Shown in pieces: positions 1-9,454 of a DNA stretch of 39,010 bases. How positions within the stretch are numbered: the first letter of the stretch is position 1; each line of letters opens with the position of its first letter. This DNA is from an uncultured bacterium (GTDB lineage: Bacteria > Patescibacteriota > Minisyncoccia > Phycocordibacterales > UBA9973): assembly GCA_903892035.1 (NCBI GenBank), contig CAITGV010000005.1:1-39010 (forward strand), given 5' to 3'. The position numbers and the translations under genes are program-made. A model generated the notes under the pieces. The model did no database searches, had not been told where the DNA came from, and was given only the letters and a program-made list of their open reading frames with translations.

Positions 1-208
1 CAATGGAATTACAAAAGCTATCCTATAATGGTTCTATATCACCTGTTATCTATAATCAAGCCCTAGATAGGGCGAGAGGACAGAAAAGAGTAATAAACAA
101 TATATATAGTAGGAATGGTCGCGACATCAAACCCATTATCATGCTCCTCCTCCGCCAAGTGCGTAATCGCTTAAAGTAACTATTTATTAATATAAATTTT
201 TATTTTTT

Positions 209-874
209 ATGGCAACACCACCACCAAAAGGCGGAAAACCTGCACCAAAAACACATTCTGGAACAGGACCACATACTTTTATAGGTATTTTTCTTGTTCT
301 TCTTATTTTTATTTGGATAGTACGTCATCCAAATCTGAATTCAACTTCAACCAATACAAATAGTTCCACTACAAATAACACTGCTACAAAAGTAGCTCAA
401 AAATCCATGAATACAATTACATTAAATACAAATATGGGTCAGATAGTTTTTGAAACTTACAATAACGACGCACCAAGAACTGTTCAAAATTTTATTGATC
501 TCGCAAATAAAGGCTTTTATAATAATTTAATTTTCCACCGAGTAATTAGTGGTTTTATGATTCAAGGTGGAGACCCAAGTGGAAATGGCACAGGAGGTCC
601 AGGATACGATTTTCCAGATGAATTAAATCCTAATACTGCATCATATCAAGCAGGCTACACAAAAGGAGTTGTCGCAATGGCAAACAGAGGTCCAAATACA
701 AATGGAAGTCAATTCTTCATAATGCTTGCCGATAATCCTCTTCCACATAATTACACAATTTTTGGAAAAGTTATTTCAGGACAAGATGTAGTAGATCGCA
801 TAGGACTTTTGCCAGTGGATGCTAGTGACAAACCTCTCACTTCTGCTGTCATAAATTCTGTTGTAGTAAAATAA
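209..874 (+). CDS. Cyclophilin-type peptidyl-prolyl cis-trans isomerase with N-terminal membrane anchor
   Basis: Cyclophilin motifs FHRVISGFMIQGGDP, GTGGPGY, VAMANRGPNTNGSQFFI and YTIFGKV. Hydrophobic segment FIGIFLVLLIFIWIV is followed by a Thr/Asn-rich linker. Confidence 0.95.
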   Translation: MATPPPKGGKPAPKTHSGTGPHTFIGIFLVLLIFIWIVRHPNLNSTSTNTNSSTTNNTATKVAQKSMNTITLNTNMGQIVFETYNNDAPRTVQNFIDLANKGFYNNLIFHRVISGFMIQGGDPSGNGTGGPGYDFPDELNPNTASYQAGYTKGVVAMANRGPNTNGSQFFIMLADNPLPHNYTIFGKVISGQDVVDRIGLLPVDASDKPLTSAVINSVVVK

Positions 875-1561
875 ATGTCCACACTTTACATAGTCGCCAC
901 TCCAATCGGAAATCTTGAAGATATTACTCTTCGTGCACTTCGAATTTTAGCAGAGGTAGATTTAATACTCTGCGAAGATACTCGTACAACTCGTACTCTT
1001 CTTGCCCATTATAAAATTAAAACTGCGACAAAAAGTTATCACGCTCATAGTAGTATTTCAAAAGAAGACACAATAATTAAAATGCTTGAAAGTGGCAAAA
1101 ATATTGCTCTAGTTTCTGATGCAGGAACACCAGCGATATCTGACCCAGGAGCAATGCTTGTAAAAAGTGTACTCGAAAATCTCGGTGATGATGTGAAAAT
1201 TGTTGCAGTACCGGGTGCCTCAGCTTTAACTTCTGCAATATCAATCTCTGGAATATTACCAAGTGAATTTGTTTTTTTAGGTTTTTTACCACACAAAAAA
1301 GGTAGGGAGACTTTATTTAAAGAAATTGCCTTATCGGAGCGTACAATGGTTTTCTATGAATCATCACACAGAATTTTAAAAACTTTAAAATCACTCTCTG
1401 ACGTACTAGGTGAAGATAGGGAAGTAGTAGTGGCTCGAGAAATTACAAAATTTTTCGAAGAAGTAAAAAAGGGTACATCAAATGAAGTTCTATCCTACTT
1501 TACAGACAATAAAGAAAAGCAGAAAGGGGAGTTTGTGGTTATCGTATCGGGGGTGATATAA
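875..1561 (+). CDS. rsmI: 16S rRNA (cytidine1402-2'-O)-methyltransferase
   Basis: LYIVATPIGNLEDITLRA, CEDTR, LVSDAGTPAISDPG, FLGFLPHKK, YESSHR, AREITK and KGEFV are RsmI motifs. Confidence 0.96.
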   Translation: MSTLYIVATPIGNLEDITLRALRILAEVDLILCEDTRTTRTLLAHYKIKTATKSYHAHSSISKEDTIIKMLESGKNIALVSDAGTPAISDPGAMLVKSVLENLGDDVKIVAVPGASALTSAISISGILPSEFVFLGFLPHKKGRETLFKEIALSERTMVFYESSHRILKTLKSLSDVLGEDREVVVAREITKFFEEVKKGTSNEVLSYFTDNKEKQKGEFVVIVSGVI

Positions 1562-1568
1562 TAGCCTT

Positions 1569-1811
1569 ATGTCTAAAAGAAAAATATTAATTATCCTAGG
1601 TGCCATTATTGCCCTTATGCCATTTCTTGGTTTTCCAAGAAGTTTTAAAGATTTCTTGTATGTTATTGCTGGTCTTGCTATATGCGTATTTGCATATTTA
1701 CAAAAGACTACATCTTCCCAAAAAATAACAAAAAAACCTGATACCTTTACTGACAATTCTGCACAATTTATGCATTCCACGAATAAGATTTCAGACATAA
1801 ATACAAAATAA
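1569..1811 (+). CDS. Small hypothetical membrane protein (2 TM)
   Basis: 80-aa ORF filling the gap between rsmI and the S41 peptidase (7-bp and 1-bp spacers), with two hydrophobic segments. Confidence 0.75.
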   Translation: MSKRKILIILGAIIALMPFLGFPRSFKDFLYVIAGLAICVFAYLQKTTSSQKITKKPDTFTDNSAQFMHSTNKISDINTK

Positions 1812-1812
1812 T

Positions 1813-3036
1813 ATGAATAAAAAAATAAAAATTAATATTGCTATTTCTCTTCTTATTTTATGTTTAATATACGGATCATTTTCTTTTGGCTACCACAAAG
1901 GATTGGCAAATCGTCCAGCTGAAGATTTAGTCACAACAGTAGACAATAAAGACAATCCAGTAATCGATAAAGCTGATTTTAGTACTTTTTGGAAAGTTTG
2001 GAACATCATTGATGACAAATCACCAAATGCAAAAGATGTAAAACCCCAAGACAGAGTCTACGGTGCAATTTCAGGCCTGATGGGTTCACTCAATGATCCT
2101 TATTCTGTATTTTTTAACCCACAAGAATCAAAAGACTTTCAAGATACTATCGATGGTTCATTTGTAGGTGTTGGGATGGAAATGGGAATGAAAGACAAAG
2201 TTCTTACAGTCATTTCGCCTTTGAAAGACACACCTGCATATAAAGCTGGAATAAAATCTGGTGACAAGTTGCTCAAAATTGACAAAACTACAACTACAGA
2301 TATGAGTATCGATACAGCAATAAAACTCATTCGTGGAGAGCCTGGTACTACGGTTGTTCTTACGATGTATCGAGATGGTGACAAAGTACCAAGAGTTTTC
2401 AATGTTGTGCGTGCTACAATCACAATTCCAACAATTAAAACAGAGAAATTAGACGGGGGAGTTTTCTCAATTGCGCTATACAGTTTTGACGCAAATGCAA
2501 TCACTAAATTCAAAGAAGCTCTTACTGAATTCAAACAATCAGGTGACACAAAGTTAATTCTCGACCTCAGAGGCAATCCTGGTGGATACCTAGATGCTGC
2601 AATAGACATTGCGAGCTATTTTCTTCCAAGTGGTAAAACTGTTGTAATCGAAGATTTTGGTACAAAAAGTCCAGCTCAAACCTACAGAAGTAAGGGCTAT
2701 GATTTACTTGGAAATACAAATATTAAAATGGCAATTCTTATGGATGGTGGCTCCGCTTCTGCATCTGAAATTCTCGCGGGAGCACTTTCAGAGCAAAAAG
2801 TTGCAACACTTATCGGAGAACAAAGTTACGGTAAGGGTTCAGTACAAGAACTTCTTCCAGTGACAGATGATACATCTCTGAAAATTACAATTGCAAAATG
2901 GCTTACCCCAAACGGTATCTCTATTTCAAAACAAGGACTTACTCCAGACATTGCAATTAAAAATCTAGATAGCTGGGACGGAAGTGAGAAAACAGATTTG
3001 CAATTTGCAAAAGCATTAGAATTTTTAAATAAATAA
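1813..3036 (+). CDS. S41 family C-terminal processing peptidase (CtpA/Prc-like) with PDZ domain
   Basis: N-terminal TM; LNDPYSVF; PDZ (GVGMEM...[15 protein letters not shown]); [11 protein letters not shown]; catalytic SASASE and GKGSVQ; KWLTPNG. Confidence 0.94.
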   Translation: MNKKIKINIAISLLILCLIYGSFSFGYHKGLANRPAEDLVTTVDNKDNPVIDKADFSTFWKVWNIIDDKSPNAKDVKPQDRVYGAISGLMGSLNDPYSVFFNPQESKDFQDTIDGSFVGVGMEMGMKDKVLTVISPLKDTPAYKAGIKSGDKLLKIDKTTTTDMSIDTAIKLIRGEPGTTVVLTMYRDGDKVPRVFNVVRATITIPTIKTEKLDGGVFSIALYSFDANAITKFKEALTEFKQSGDTKLILDLRGNPGGYLDAAIDIASYFLPSGKTVVIEDFGTKSPAQTYRSKGYDLLGNTNIKMAILMDGGSASASEILAGALSEQKVATLIGEQSYGKGSVQELLPVTDDTSLKITIAKWLTPNGISISKQGLTPDIAIKNLDSWDGSEKTDLQFAKALEFLNK

Positions 3037-3041
3037 ATTAT

Positions 3042-3485
3042 ATGAAAGTTATATTACTGAAAGACATACCAAAGATCGGAAAGAGAAATGAAATAAAAGA
3101 GATTAGCGATGGATACGCACGCAACTTTCTTCTTGCAAAAGGTTTGGCAGAACTTGCAACTCCACAAGCGATTGAACGTGTAAATAAAATAAAAAATATT
3201 GCCGAAGTAAAGAAAAATGTTCAAGAAAATTTACTAGTAAAAAACTTAAATGAACTAAGTGGTGTGATCGTAAATTTAACAGAAAAAGCAAACGACACAG
3301 GTAGTTTATTTAAAAGTATTCACCAAAAAGAAATATCCGAGGCACTAAAAAAGCAACATCACATTGATGTTGCCGTAGATAGTATCGTATTAGATAAACC
3401 GATAAAAGAAACTGGGGAATTCAATATTAAGGTAAGTATTGGAGGAAAAACAACTACTTTTGTTCTGAAAATTGTGAAAGCCTAA
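3042..3485 (+). CDS. rplI: 50S ribosomal protein L9
   Basis: [14 protein letters not shown]...[10 protein letters not shown]-terminal domain; LFKSI and IKETGEF in the C-terminal domain; 147 aa. Confidence 0.96.
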   Translation: MKVILLKDIPKIGKRNEIKEISDGYARNFLLAKGLAELATPQAIERVNKIKNIAEVKKNVQENLLVKNLNELSGVIVNLTEKANDTGSLFKSIHQKEISEALKKQHHIDVAVDSIVLDKPIKETGEFNIKVSIGGKTTTFVLKIVKA

Positions 3486-3487
3486 AA

Positions 3488-3760
3488 CTATACAATATTT
3501 ACTGTCTTCTTTAGCATTGTCTTGCCATTGAAATGAGTTTTGCGCATTGTGCCAAATTTTACAGTACCTTCTTTTAGAGCAAAGATTGTATGATCTTTTC
3601 CAAGACCAGTATTTTTTCCAGCCACAATACGTGTACCGCGTTGGCGAATTATAACTGAACCTATTTTTGCTTTCTCACCATCATAAAGCTTCGTACCGAG
3701 GTACTTAGGATTTGAATCTCTTAGATTTTTGGCGCTACCGCCCGCTTTTCTATGTGCCAT
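3488..3760 (-). CDS. rpmA: 50S ribosomal protein L27
   Basis: [32 protein letters not shown]. Confidence 0.97.
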   Translation of the reverse strand: MAHRKAGGSAKNLRDSNPKYLGTKLYDGEKAKIGSVIIRQRGTRIVAGKNTGLGKDHTIFALKEGTVKFGTMRKTHFNGKTMLKKTVNIV

Positions 3761-3811
3761 ATTATTTAAAGTCTTTCTTTGTTATGTATAAAACAGTATA
3801 ATTACTGTGGT

Positions 3812-4240
3812 ATGAGTATAAATGATTTTACAGAAAAAATCAAGGGGTTAAGGCATAGGGAAGATATTGCCGACATATATTCCATAATCATCATCATTTT
3901 GGTGGCTATTACAGCCTTTGGTTTAGGCCGTCTCTCTAAAAGGGACACTGGAAGCTCTCCTGTGGTCATACAGGGCAATTTTGACGCAAATAATGCCTCC
4001 CAAAACCCTCTCGATGGCTCAAATAGTACCCAAAATTCCCTAATAAATGCCTCTGCTAATAATAACACACAAAACCCTACTGGTAAATACTTTGTAGCAT
4101 CAAAGAACGGTAAGAACTATTATTCACTAAATTGCTCTGGTGCAAATAGAATCAAAGAGGGGAATAAGGTCTTTTTTGCCACAAAAGCTGAAGCCGAAAA
4201 TGCTGGTTATACAAAGTCTGCAACGTGTAAAGATTTATAA
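3812..4240 (+). CDS. Hypothetical membrane-anchored protein with C-terminal Ada metal-binding-like domain
   Basis: TM segment, Asn/Ser-rich linker, then VASKNGKNYYSLNC...FFATKAEAENAGY...C. Start moved from TTG 3779 to ATG 3812, which lies 9 nt after TATAAT (3797-3802). Confidence 0.7.
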   Translation: MSINDFTEKIKGLRHREDIADIYSIIIIILVAITAFGLGRLSKRDTGSSPVVIQGNFDANNASQNPLDGSNSTQNSLINASANNNTQNPTGKYFVASKNGKNYYSLNCSGANRIKEGNKVFFATKAEAENAGYTKSATCKDL

Positions 4241-4354
4241 AAATATATTTGTAAATTCCTAGAATCAATTAATCAAATAAGAAAATATCAACCACTATAC
4301 CTACCTAAATATAAGGCTCGGGTGAGTGGTTTTAGTACCATCCGCTCTCGAGGA

Positions 4355-4416
4355 CTAGTGTCGCACAATATACCTTTTGCGACACTAGGCTTGGAACAAG
4401 CCGTGTCGCAAAAGGT
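4355..4416. repeat. Triple alternating-orientation palindromic element (GTGTCGCA units)
   Basis: ctagtgtcgca (4355-4365) pairs with tgcgacactag (4378-4388). accttttgcgacac (4372-4385) pairs with gtgtcgcaaaaggt (4403-4416) around an inner ggctt/aagcc hairpin. Confidence 0.8.
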
Positions 4417-4469
4417 CTTCAATTATTAATATTTATATTAACTTTCTATCTGCTATACTATTAAATCAA

Positions 4470-5690
4470 ATGCAAAGAATAAAACATAAAATTAAAAAAA
4501 CATTCTCTTCCCTAGCAATTCGTAATTATCGTTTATATTTTTTTGGAATCACAATTTCTACAACTGGAACTTGGATGCAAAATATTGGCCAGGCTTGGCT
4601 TGTGCTCAAATTGACCAATTCAGGCACTGCTTTAGGTATAACTATCGCACTTCAATTCTTACCAATGCTTTTTTTAGGCCCTTGGGGCGGAGTTTTGGTA
4701 GATCGATATTCAAAAAGAAAAATTTTATACATTACTCAAACTATTGCTGGAATTTTAGCATTGATACTTGGCATACTAGTTTTCACAAATTTTGTTCAAC
4801 TTTGGATGGTTTACGTTTTAGCATTTTTACTCGGACTTATTAGCGTTGTTGATAATCCTGCGCGACAAACCTTCATCACTGAAATGGTTGGTGAAAAACA
4901 TTTAATGAATGCAGTATCAGTCAATGGTATTCAAATTAATCTCACTCGAGTGATCGGTCCTGCTCTTGCTGCAATTTTAATTGCGACTCTTGGCATGGCT
5001 CCGCTCTTTTTTATTAATGCGATTTCATATGTTGCTGTGATTGTTGCTTTACTTTTAATGAATAAAGATGAACTTTTAACAGTTACTCCTGTTGATAAAA
5101 CCCCAGGTCAAATAAAAGAAGGATTCAAGTATATGATGCGATCAATGACAATAAGCACAACTCTTTTAATGCTTGCTATCATCGGCACTTTTACTTATGA
5201 ATTTTCTGTTGTTCTTCCCCTATTTTCTCAATTTACTTTTCATGGCGATGCATCATCTTTTGCTTTACTGATGGCGGGTACTGGCATTGGTGCAGTTTTT
5301 GGTTCAATAAGTATTGCTCATTCGAAAAAAGTAAATTTAAATACAATTGTTAAAAAAAGTTTGTATTTTGCAATCTCGATGTTATTTTTTGCTTTTTCTC
5401 CTACGCTTTATTTCGCAATACTTATGAGCGTGATTGTTGGTTTTTGTTCAATTAATTTTCTTTCACTTTCAAATGTACTTTTACAAATTGAAAGCGTACC
5501 TGAAATGCGCGGACGTGTAATGGCTATTTGGGCTGTAGCTTTTCTTGGCTCCACTCCAATCGGTGGACCAATTATTGGTTTTATTAGTGAACATGCAAAT
5601 CCTCGTATAGCACTTCTTGTCGGATCACTTGCAGCCTTTGTCGCTTCTTATATTGGCTTTCGTGCACTTAAAAAACACAAATTAAATTAG
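4470..5690 (+). CDS. MFS transporter (MFS_3/DUF894-like, 12 TM)
   Basis: RNYRLYFFG...GTWMQ..GQAWLV, GGVLVDRYSKRK (motif A), DNPARQ, EMRGRVMA; about 12 hydrophobic helices. Confidence 0.92.
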   Translation: MQRIKHKIKKTFSSLAIRNYRLYFFGITISTTGTWMQNIGQAWLVLKLTNSGTALGITIALQFLPMLFLGPWGGVLVDRYSKRKILYITQTIAGILALILGILVFTNFVQLWMVYVLAFLLGLISVVDNPARQTFITEMVGEKHLMNAVSVNGIQINLTRVIGPALAAILIATLGMAPLFFINAISYVAVIVALLLMNKDELLTVTPVDKTPGQIKEGFKYMMRSMTISTTLLMLAIIGTFTYEFSVVLPLFSQFTFHGDASSFALLMAGTGIGAVFGSISIAHSKKVNLNTIVKKSLYFAISMLFFAFSPTLYFAILMSVIVGFCSINFLSLSNVLLQIESVPEMRGRVMAIWAVAFLGSTPIGGPIIGFISEHANPRIALLVGSLAAFVASYIGFRALKKHKLN

Positions 5691-6937
5691 GAATTCATAC
5701 CGGCAATGTAGCCAGTAGTCCAACATATCTGCAAAGAAAAGCCTCCACTTGGTCTATTTATGTGAAGCAAATCCCCTGTTATATATAAATTTTTATAAAT
5801 ATTTGAGCGCATTGTTCTCATATCAATTTCTTTGAGATTTACTCCTCCGTCAGCCACAACTGCTCGATCAAAGCCCATAAGTCCTATGATGGTCATTGGT
5901 ATTGCTTTTAAAAGATTTACAATTTGTTTACGTTCATCTTTTGTAATACTGTGAACTTTTGTATCTGGATTTATATTATTCAAAATTGAAAGTATCGCTT
6001 CTTTTGTGCCGTGAGGTGCAATTTCATCAAAAATATTCTTTAGCATTTTATTTTTATTTAAATCAAATATTTTTATTATTTTGTCTTCCAAAGCCACAAT
6101 ATCAGTATCGGGATATGCATCGATATTTGCTGTAACAATTCCTTCATGAATCAAATCACTGACTTTACCTGCAAGATTTAAAATCAGTGGCCCAGAGATG
6201 CCAAAATGCGTAAACAGAAGCTTGCCAGTTTTATTAAATTTCTTTACACCATTTACATAAAAAGTAATTTTCATAAATGATAAAGAAACACCAGCAAGTG
6301 AATGGACCCATTTTTCTTTTACAGCAAGTGGGACAATTGTTGGCGTCGGTGACATAACTTTATGACCTAAATCTGAAAGCCAAGTAAAACCATCGCCAGT
6401 AGAACCAGTTTCAGGATGCGACATTCCGCCAGTTGCAATGATATACGAATTTGCTTTATATGTTGTACCAGAAGCATTTACTCCTGTTATAAGTCCCCCA
6501 TTTGACAATATTCTCTTTACGTGTGCTTCTGTTTTAATTGTGACTCCCCCACTTTTAATATATTTATCTAAAGTATTAAAAACATCAAGTGCTTTTTCTG
6601 TATTTGGAAATGCTCTTTTGCGAGCTTGCACGACTAGGGGAAGACCCAATTTTTCAAAAAAATTAAATGTATCTTTATTGCTAAATTGTGAAAATGGTGA
6701 GTATAAAAACTGCTCAGCTTTTCCATAATTTTTCAAAAAAATTCTAGTGTCTTCTTCGGCATTTGTGACATTACATCTTCCACCACCAGTAATTTTTAAT
6801 TTCTCACCGAGTAATTTATTTTTCTCTAGTATTAAAACTTTTTTACCACGCGCCGCCGCTGTTCCAGCCGCCATCATCCCAGATGCGCCCCCACCGATAA
6901 CTATGACGTCATAATGCATTTGTGTATTGTCTTTCAT
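5687..6937 (-). CDS. HI0933/BaiN-family NAD(P)/FAD-dependent flavoprotein
   Basis: GGGASG, LGEKLKITGGGRCNVTN, ATGGMSHPETGSTGDG, FTHFGISGP, VADGGV, GGFSLQ..WTTG. Confidence 0.94.
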   Translation of the reverse strand: MKDNTQMHYDVIVIGGGASGMMAAGTAAARGKKVLILEKNKLLGEKLKITGGGRCNVTNAEEDTRIFLKNYGKAEQFLYSPFSQFSNKDTFNFFEKLGLPLVVQARKRAFPNTEKALDVFNTLDKYIKSGGVTIKTEAHVKRILSNGGLITGVNASGTTYKANSYIIATGGMSHPETGSTGDGFTWLSDLGHKVMSPTPTIVPLAVKEKWVHSLAGVSLSFMKITFYVNGVKKFNKTGKLLFTHFGISGPLILNLAGKVSDLIHEGIVTANIDAYPDTDIVALEDKIIKIFDLNKNKMLKNIFDEIAPHGTKEAILSILNNINPDTKVHSITKDERKQIVNLLKAIPMTIIGLMGFDRAVVADGGVNLKEIDMRTMRSNIYKNLYITGDLLHINRPSGGFSLQICWTTGYIAGMNS

Positions 6938-6950
6938 AAAAATTTAAAAT

Positions 6951-6980
6951 AAAAATCCAAGGGTTAAGCCTTGGATTTTT
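6951..6980 (-). terminator. Intrinsic terminator (likely bidirectional) after the Lys-rich sORF
   Basis: 12-bp perfect stem aaaaatccaagg/ccttggattttt with a 6-nt loop and T tails on both strands. Confidence 0.8.
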
Positions 6981-6986
6981 ATAAAG

Positions 6987-7052
6987 CTATTTCTTCTTAG
7001 CTTTCTTTGGCTTTTTTACTTCTTTCTTTTGATGTGTATTTCCTTTTGCCAT
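6987..7052 (-). CDS. 21-aa Lys-rich small protein MAKGNTHQKKEVKKPKKAKKK (absent from the ORF track)
   Basis: ATG at 7052 to TAG at 6987. It has its own TGn-TATAAT (7084-7089) upstream and a terminator 6 nt downstream. Confidence 0.65.
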   Translation of the reverse strand: MAKGNTHQKKEVKKPKKAKKK

Positions 7053-7089
7053 ATAAATTTTATATTACTCTAATAATAAAATAATTATA

Positions 7090-7656
7090 TCACATAATTG
7101 CTTTCGCAAGTTCATTTATACCCAATTTCTTTTTTGAAGAATACGGCACGATAGTGTGAGCACCGATCATGTCCGTAAGTTTTTTAATTTTCTTTCCGTA
7201 TTCAGATTTTTTTATTTTATCAATTTTATTTGCAACAATAACAATGTCTTTGCCGTGCTCTTCGAGAGCTTGCAACATTCCGAGGTCACTTTCAGTAGGT
7301 CCGACTTCGGCATCGATAATGAGTACAACTTTTTTCTGGTCATAATTTGAATTGAAAAGATATGAATATATAAGGTCGCGAATTTTTTCTCTGCCAGCGC
7401 CAGATGCTCGTGCAAAACCGTAACCCGGTAAGTCTACTAAGTAAAAAGAATCATTTATTAAAAAGAGGTTTATCTCCTGCGTTCGCCCTGGAAAAGAGCT
7501 CGTCCGAGCCAAACCCTCCTTTCGGGTCAAAGAATTGATAACGCTCGATTTACCCGCATTTGAGCGCCCTATAAAGGCTATCTGGGGCACTCCGTCACCC
7601 AAAACCTTATCGTCCCCCACCAACCCCTTTACAAATTTTGCAGATATTATTTTCAT
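7090..7656 (-). CDS. engB: Ribosome biogenesis GTPase EngB/YsxC/YihA
   Basis: GRSNAGKSS, RTSSFPGRTQEIN, VDLPGYGFA, NKIDK. Confidence 0.95.
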   Translation of the reverse strand: MKIISAKFVKGLVGDDKVLGDGVPQIAFIGRSNAGKSSVINSLTRKEGLARTSSFPGRTQEINLFLINDSFYLVDLPGYGFARASGAGREKIRDLIYSYLFNSNYDQKKVVLIIDAEVGPTESDLGMLQALEEHGKDIVIVANKIDKIKKSEYGKKIKKLTDMIGAHTIVPYSSKKKLGINELAKAIM

Positions 7657-7659
7657 AAA

Positions 7660-9138
7660 TTATTTCTCCAAATCTAGGGTCTCATCGATACGAATCTTGG
7701 AGACGAATTCGGGAACGTGAGAGACGAGGATGAGGGCGCCTTTGTAGGCGTCTATGGCTTCGGCTATGACGGGGATGTGGCGGAAGTTTATGTGGTTTGT
7801 AGGCTCGTCGAGGATAAGGAGGCCGGGGCGCTGTAGGACGAGGCCAGCAAAAGCTACGAGGCCTTTTTGACCTTCGGAAAGAGCGCCAATTTTTGTGCGA
7901 ATCATATCACCAGTGATGAGAAAGCTCGCAGCAGTCGCGCGCATCTTTTCTTCATCAAGGAGAAGCCCCCCAGCAAGCATTGCAGCAGAAAGAGATTCAT
8001 ATACACTATGATCAAAATTCAAAGTCGAAAAATCTTGTCGATAGTAACCAACGCGGATGCCATCTAAAATTTTTGCACCATCTGCAGTATTGTTTGCTAG
8101 GTGTTCAAGAAGTGTACTCTTCCCTATTCCATTTGGACCACGAAGAAGTAAGTGCTGATTTTTTTTCAATTTTATATTTGCTGTACTTTTTTTTATTTTT
8201 CCAGTCTTGTGATTCATCGTAGTAAAAGAAGTAATTGTGATGATGTCGCCCAAAATATCTTCTTGGGCAGGAATAGTAAACTTTCTTATTGTTTTATCTT
8301 CTTTGCGAACATCCACCATTTCGTCTTCAAGGTCTTGTGCAAGTTCTTTCATCCTTTTTGCAACTAGACGCAAACGTCCTCCTTTGTGAGCAAATTCATT
8401 TGATTTATCCTTCTTTGCTTGAATTTGCTTTGCAAGCTGTGCATTTTTCATATTTTCTTTTTCAACTCGGGCAGTAATGTCTTTCAGCACATTCAAATAG
8501 TTACCGACATACTGCTCGACTTTTCGAGTATAAATATCTAAATAAAGAACTCCGTCGGAAAAAGCATTCAAAAATTCTGCGTCGTGAGAAATCACAACAA
8601 CAGTCTTTTTATAATTTATGAGAAATTTTGTGAGGTGTTCGATCCCAGCTTTGTCTAGATTATTTGTCGGCTCGTCGAGAAGCAAAAGATCTGGATCTTG
8701 GATTAAAGCAGAAGCAAGTAAAATACGCGCAAGCTGACCTCCAGAAAATGTTTTTAAAATTCTTTCATGTAATTTTTCATGACCTTTCAAATTTACAACT
8801 TCGAGCACTTCATCAATACGTGGGTCAATGTCGTACACTTTTTTTGTAAAACAAGATTCAAAAAATTCTCGCACAGTCAAAGTCAGTGCTTCACGAGGTA
8901 TTACTTGTTTTGCAATAGCAATACTTACATTTGAACCACGATGAATTTGCCCTGATTCAGGTTGTAATGTTTCTGTAATAAGACCAAATATTGTACTTTT
9001 TCCAGCACCATTTTGCCCCATGATCGTAATTTTACTTCCACGACGCAGAGGAAAACTCACCTCATCTAAAATGGGTTTATTTGGTCCGTACTCAAAAGAC
9101 ACTTTATCAAATCTTAAAATTACTTCATCGTTTGCCAT
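7660..9138 (-). CDS. ABC-F family ATPase (two ABC domains, no TM)
   Basis: GQNGAGKST/FSGGQ/LLLLDEPTNNLD and GPNGIGKST/LSEGQK/LLILDEPTNH, joined by a charged helical linker. Start taken at the second ATG (MANDEV). Confidence 0.92.
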   Translation of the reverse strand: MANDEVILRFDKVSFEYGPNKPILDEVSFPLRRGSKITIMGQNGAGKSTIFGLITETLQPESGQIHRGSNVSIAIAKQVIPREALTLTVREFFESCFTKKVYDIDPRIDEVLEVVNLKGHEKLHERILKTFSGGQLARILLASALIQDPDLLLLDEPTNNLDKAGIEHLTKFLINYKKTVVVISHDAEFLNAFSDGVLYLDIYTRKVEQYVGNYLNVLKDITARVEKENMKNAQLAKQIQAKKDKSNEFAHKGGRLRLVAKRMKELAQDLEDEMVDVRKEDKTIRKFTIPAQEDILGDIITITSFTTMNHKTGKIKKSTANIKLKKNQHLLLRGPNGIGKSTLLEHLANNTADGAKILDGIRVGYYRQDFSTLNFDHSVYESLSAAMLAGGLLLDEEKMRATAASFLITGDMIRTKIGALSEGQKGLVAFAGLVLQRPGLLILDEPTNHINFRHIPVIAEAIDAYKGALILVSHVPEFVSKIRIDETLDLEK

Positions 9139-9195
9139 ATGAATTTGCAATTCACGTCGCGTAAGTCCTTTTGGCGCGACGCCCTTAATACACCT

Positions 9196-9249
9196 AAAGA
9201 AATTGCCCCTTTACATTTTAACTTAAAATGCTTTAGGAGCAACTTCTTT
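9196..9249 (-). terminator. Long hairpin terminator after the cold-shock gene
   Basis: On the minus strand aaagaagttgctcct/aggggcaatttcttt pairs fully using G-U, around an inner cattttaa/ttaaaatg stem. It starts 7 nt after the csp stop. Confidence 0.75.
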
Positions 9250-9256
9250 TGTAGTA

Positions 9257-9454
9257 TTATGCGCGAGATACGTTTGTTGCAGATGGGCCTTTGTCGCCTT
9301 GTACAACTTCAAAAGTTAGTTCATCACCAACTTTCAATTCGTCATAAGTAACGCCTACGAGTTCTTTAGAGTGGAAGAAAAGATCCTTTGCTTCGCCTTC
9401 GCGAGAGATGAATCCAAATCCTTTGTCTGTTAGAGTCTTGATTGTTCCTTTCAT
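9257..9454 (-). CDS. Cold-shock domain protein (CspA family)
   Basis: KGFGFI (RNP1), DLFFH (RNP2), KGPSATNV; 65 aa. Confidence 0.96.
   Translation of the reverse strand: MKGTIKTLTDKGFGFISREGEAKDLFFHSKELVGVTYDELKVGDELTFEVVQGDKGPSATNVSRA

Noticed and set aside
1-208. Possible gene end or sORF at the window start: plus frame 3..179, or a minus-strand GGAGGAGG followed by a 28-aa hydrophobic ORF
   Set aside because: No recognisable motif, upstream context is missing, and SD use is otherwise absent in this window.
4355-4416. Mini-CRISPR array
   Set aside because: Units alternate in orientation, are 8-14 nt long and lack spacer-length intervals; no cas genes are present.
4312-4420. Known riboswitch or tRNA upstream of the MFS gene
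   Set aside because: No cloverleaf, T-loop or aptamer consensus recognised, and the MFS -10 lies downstream of the structure.
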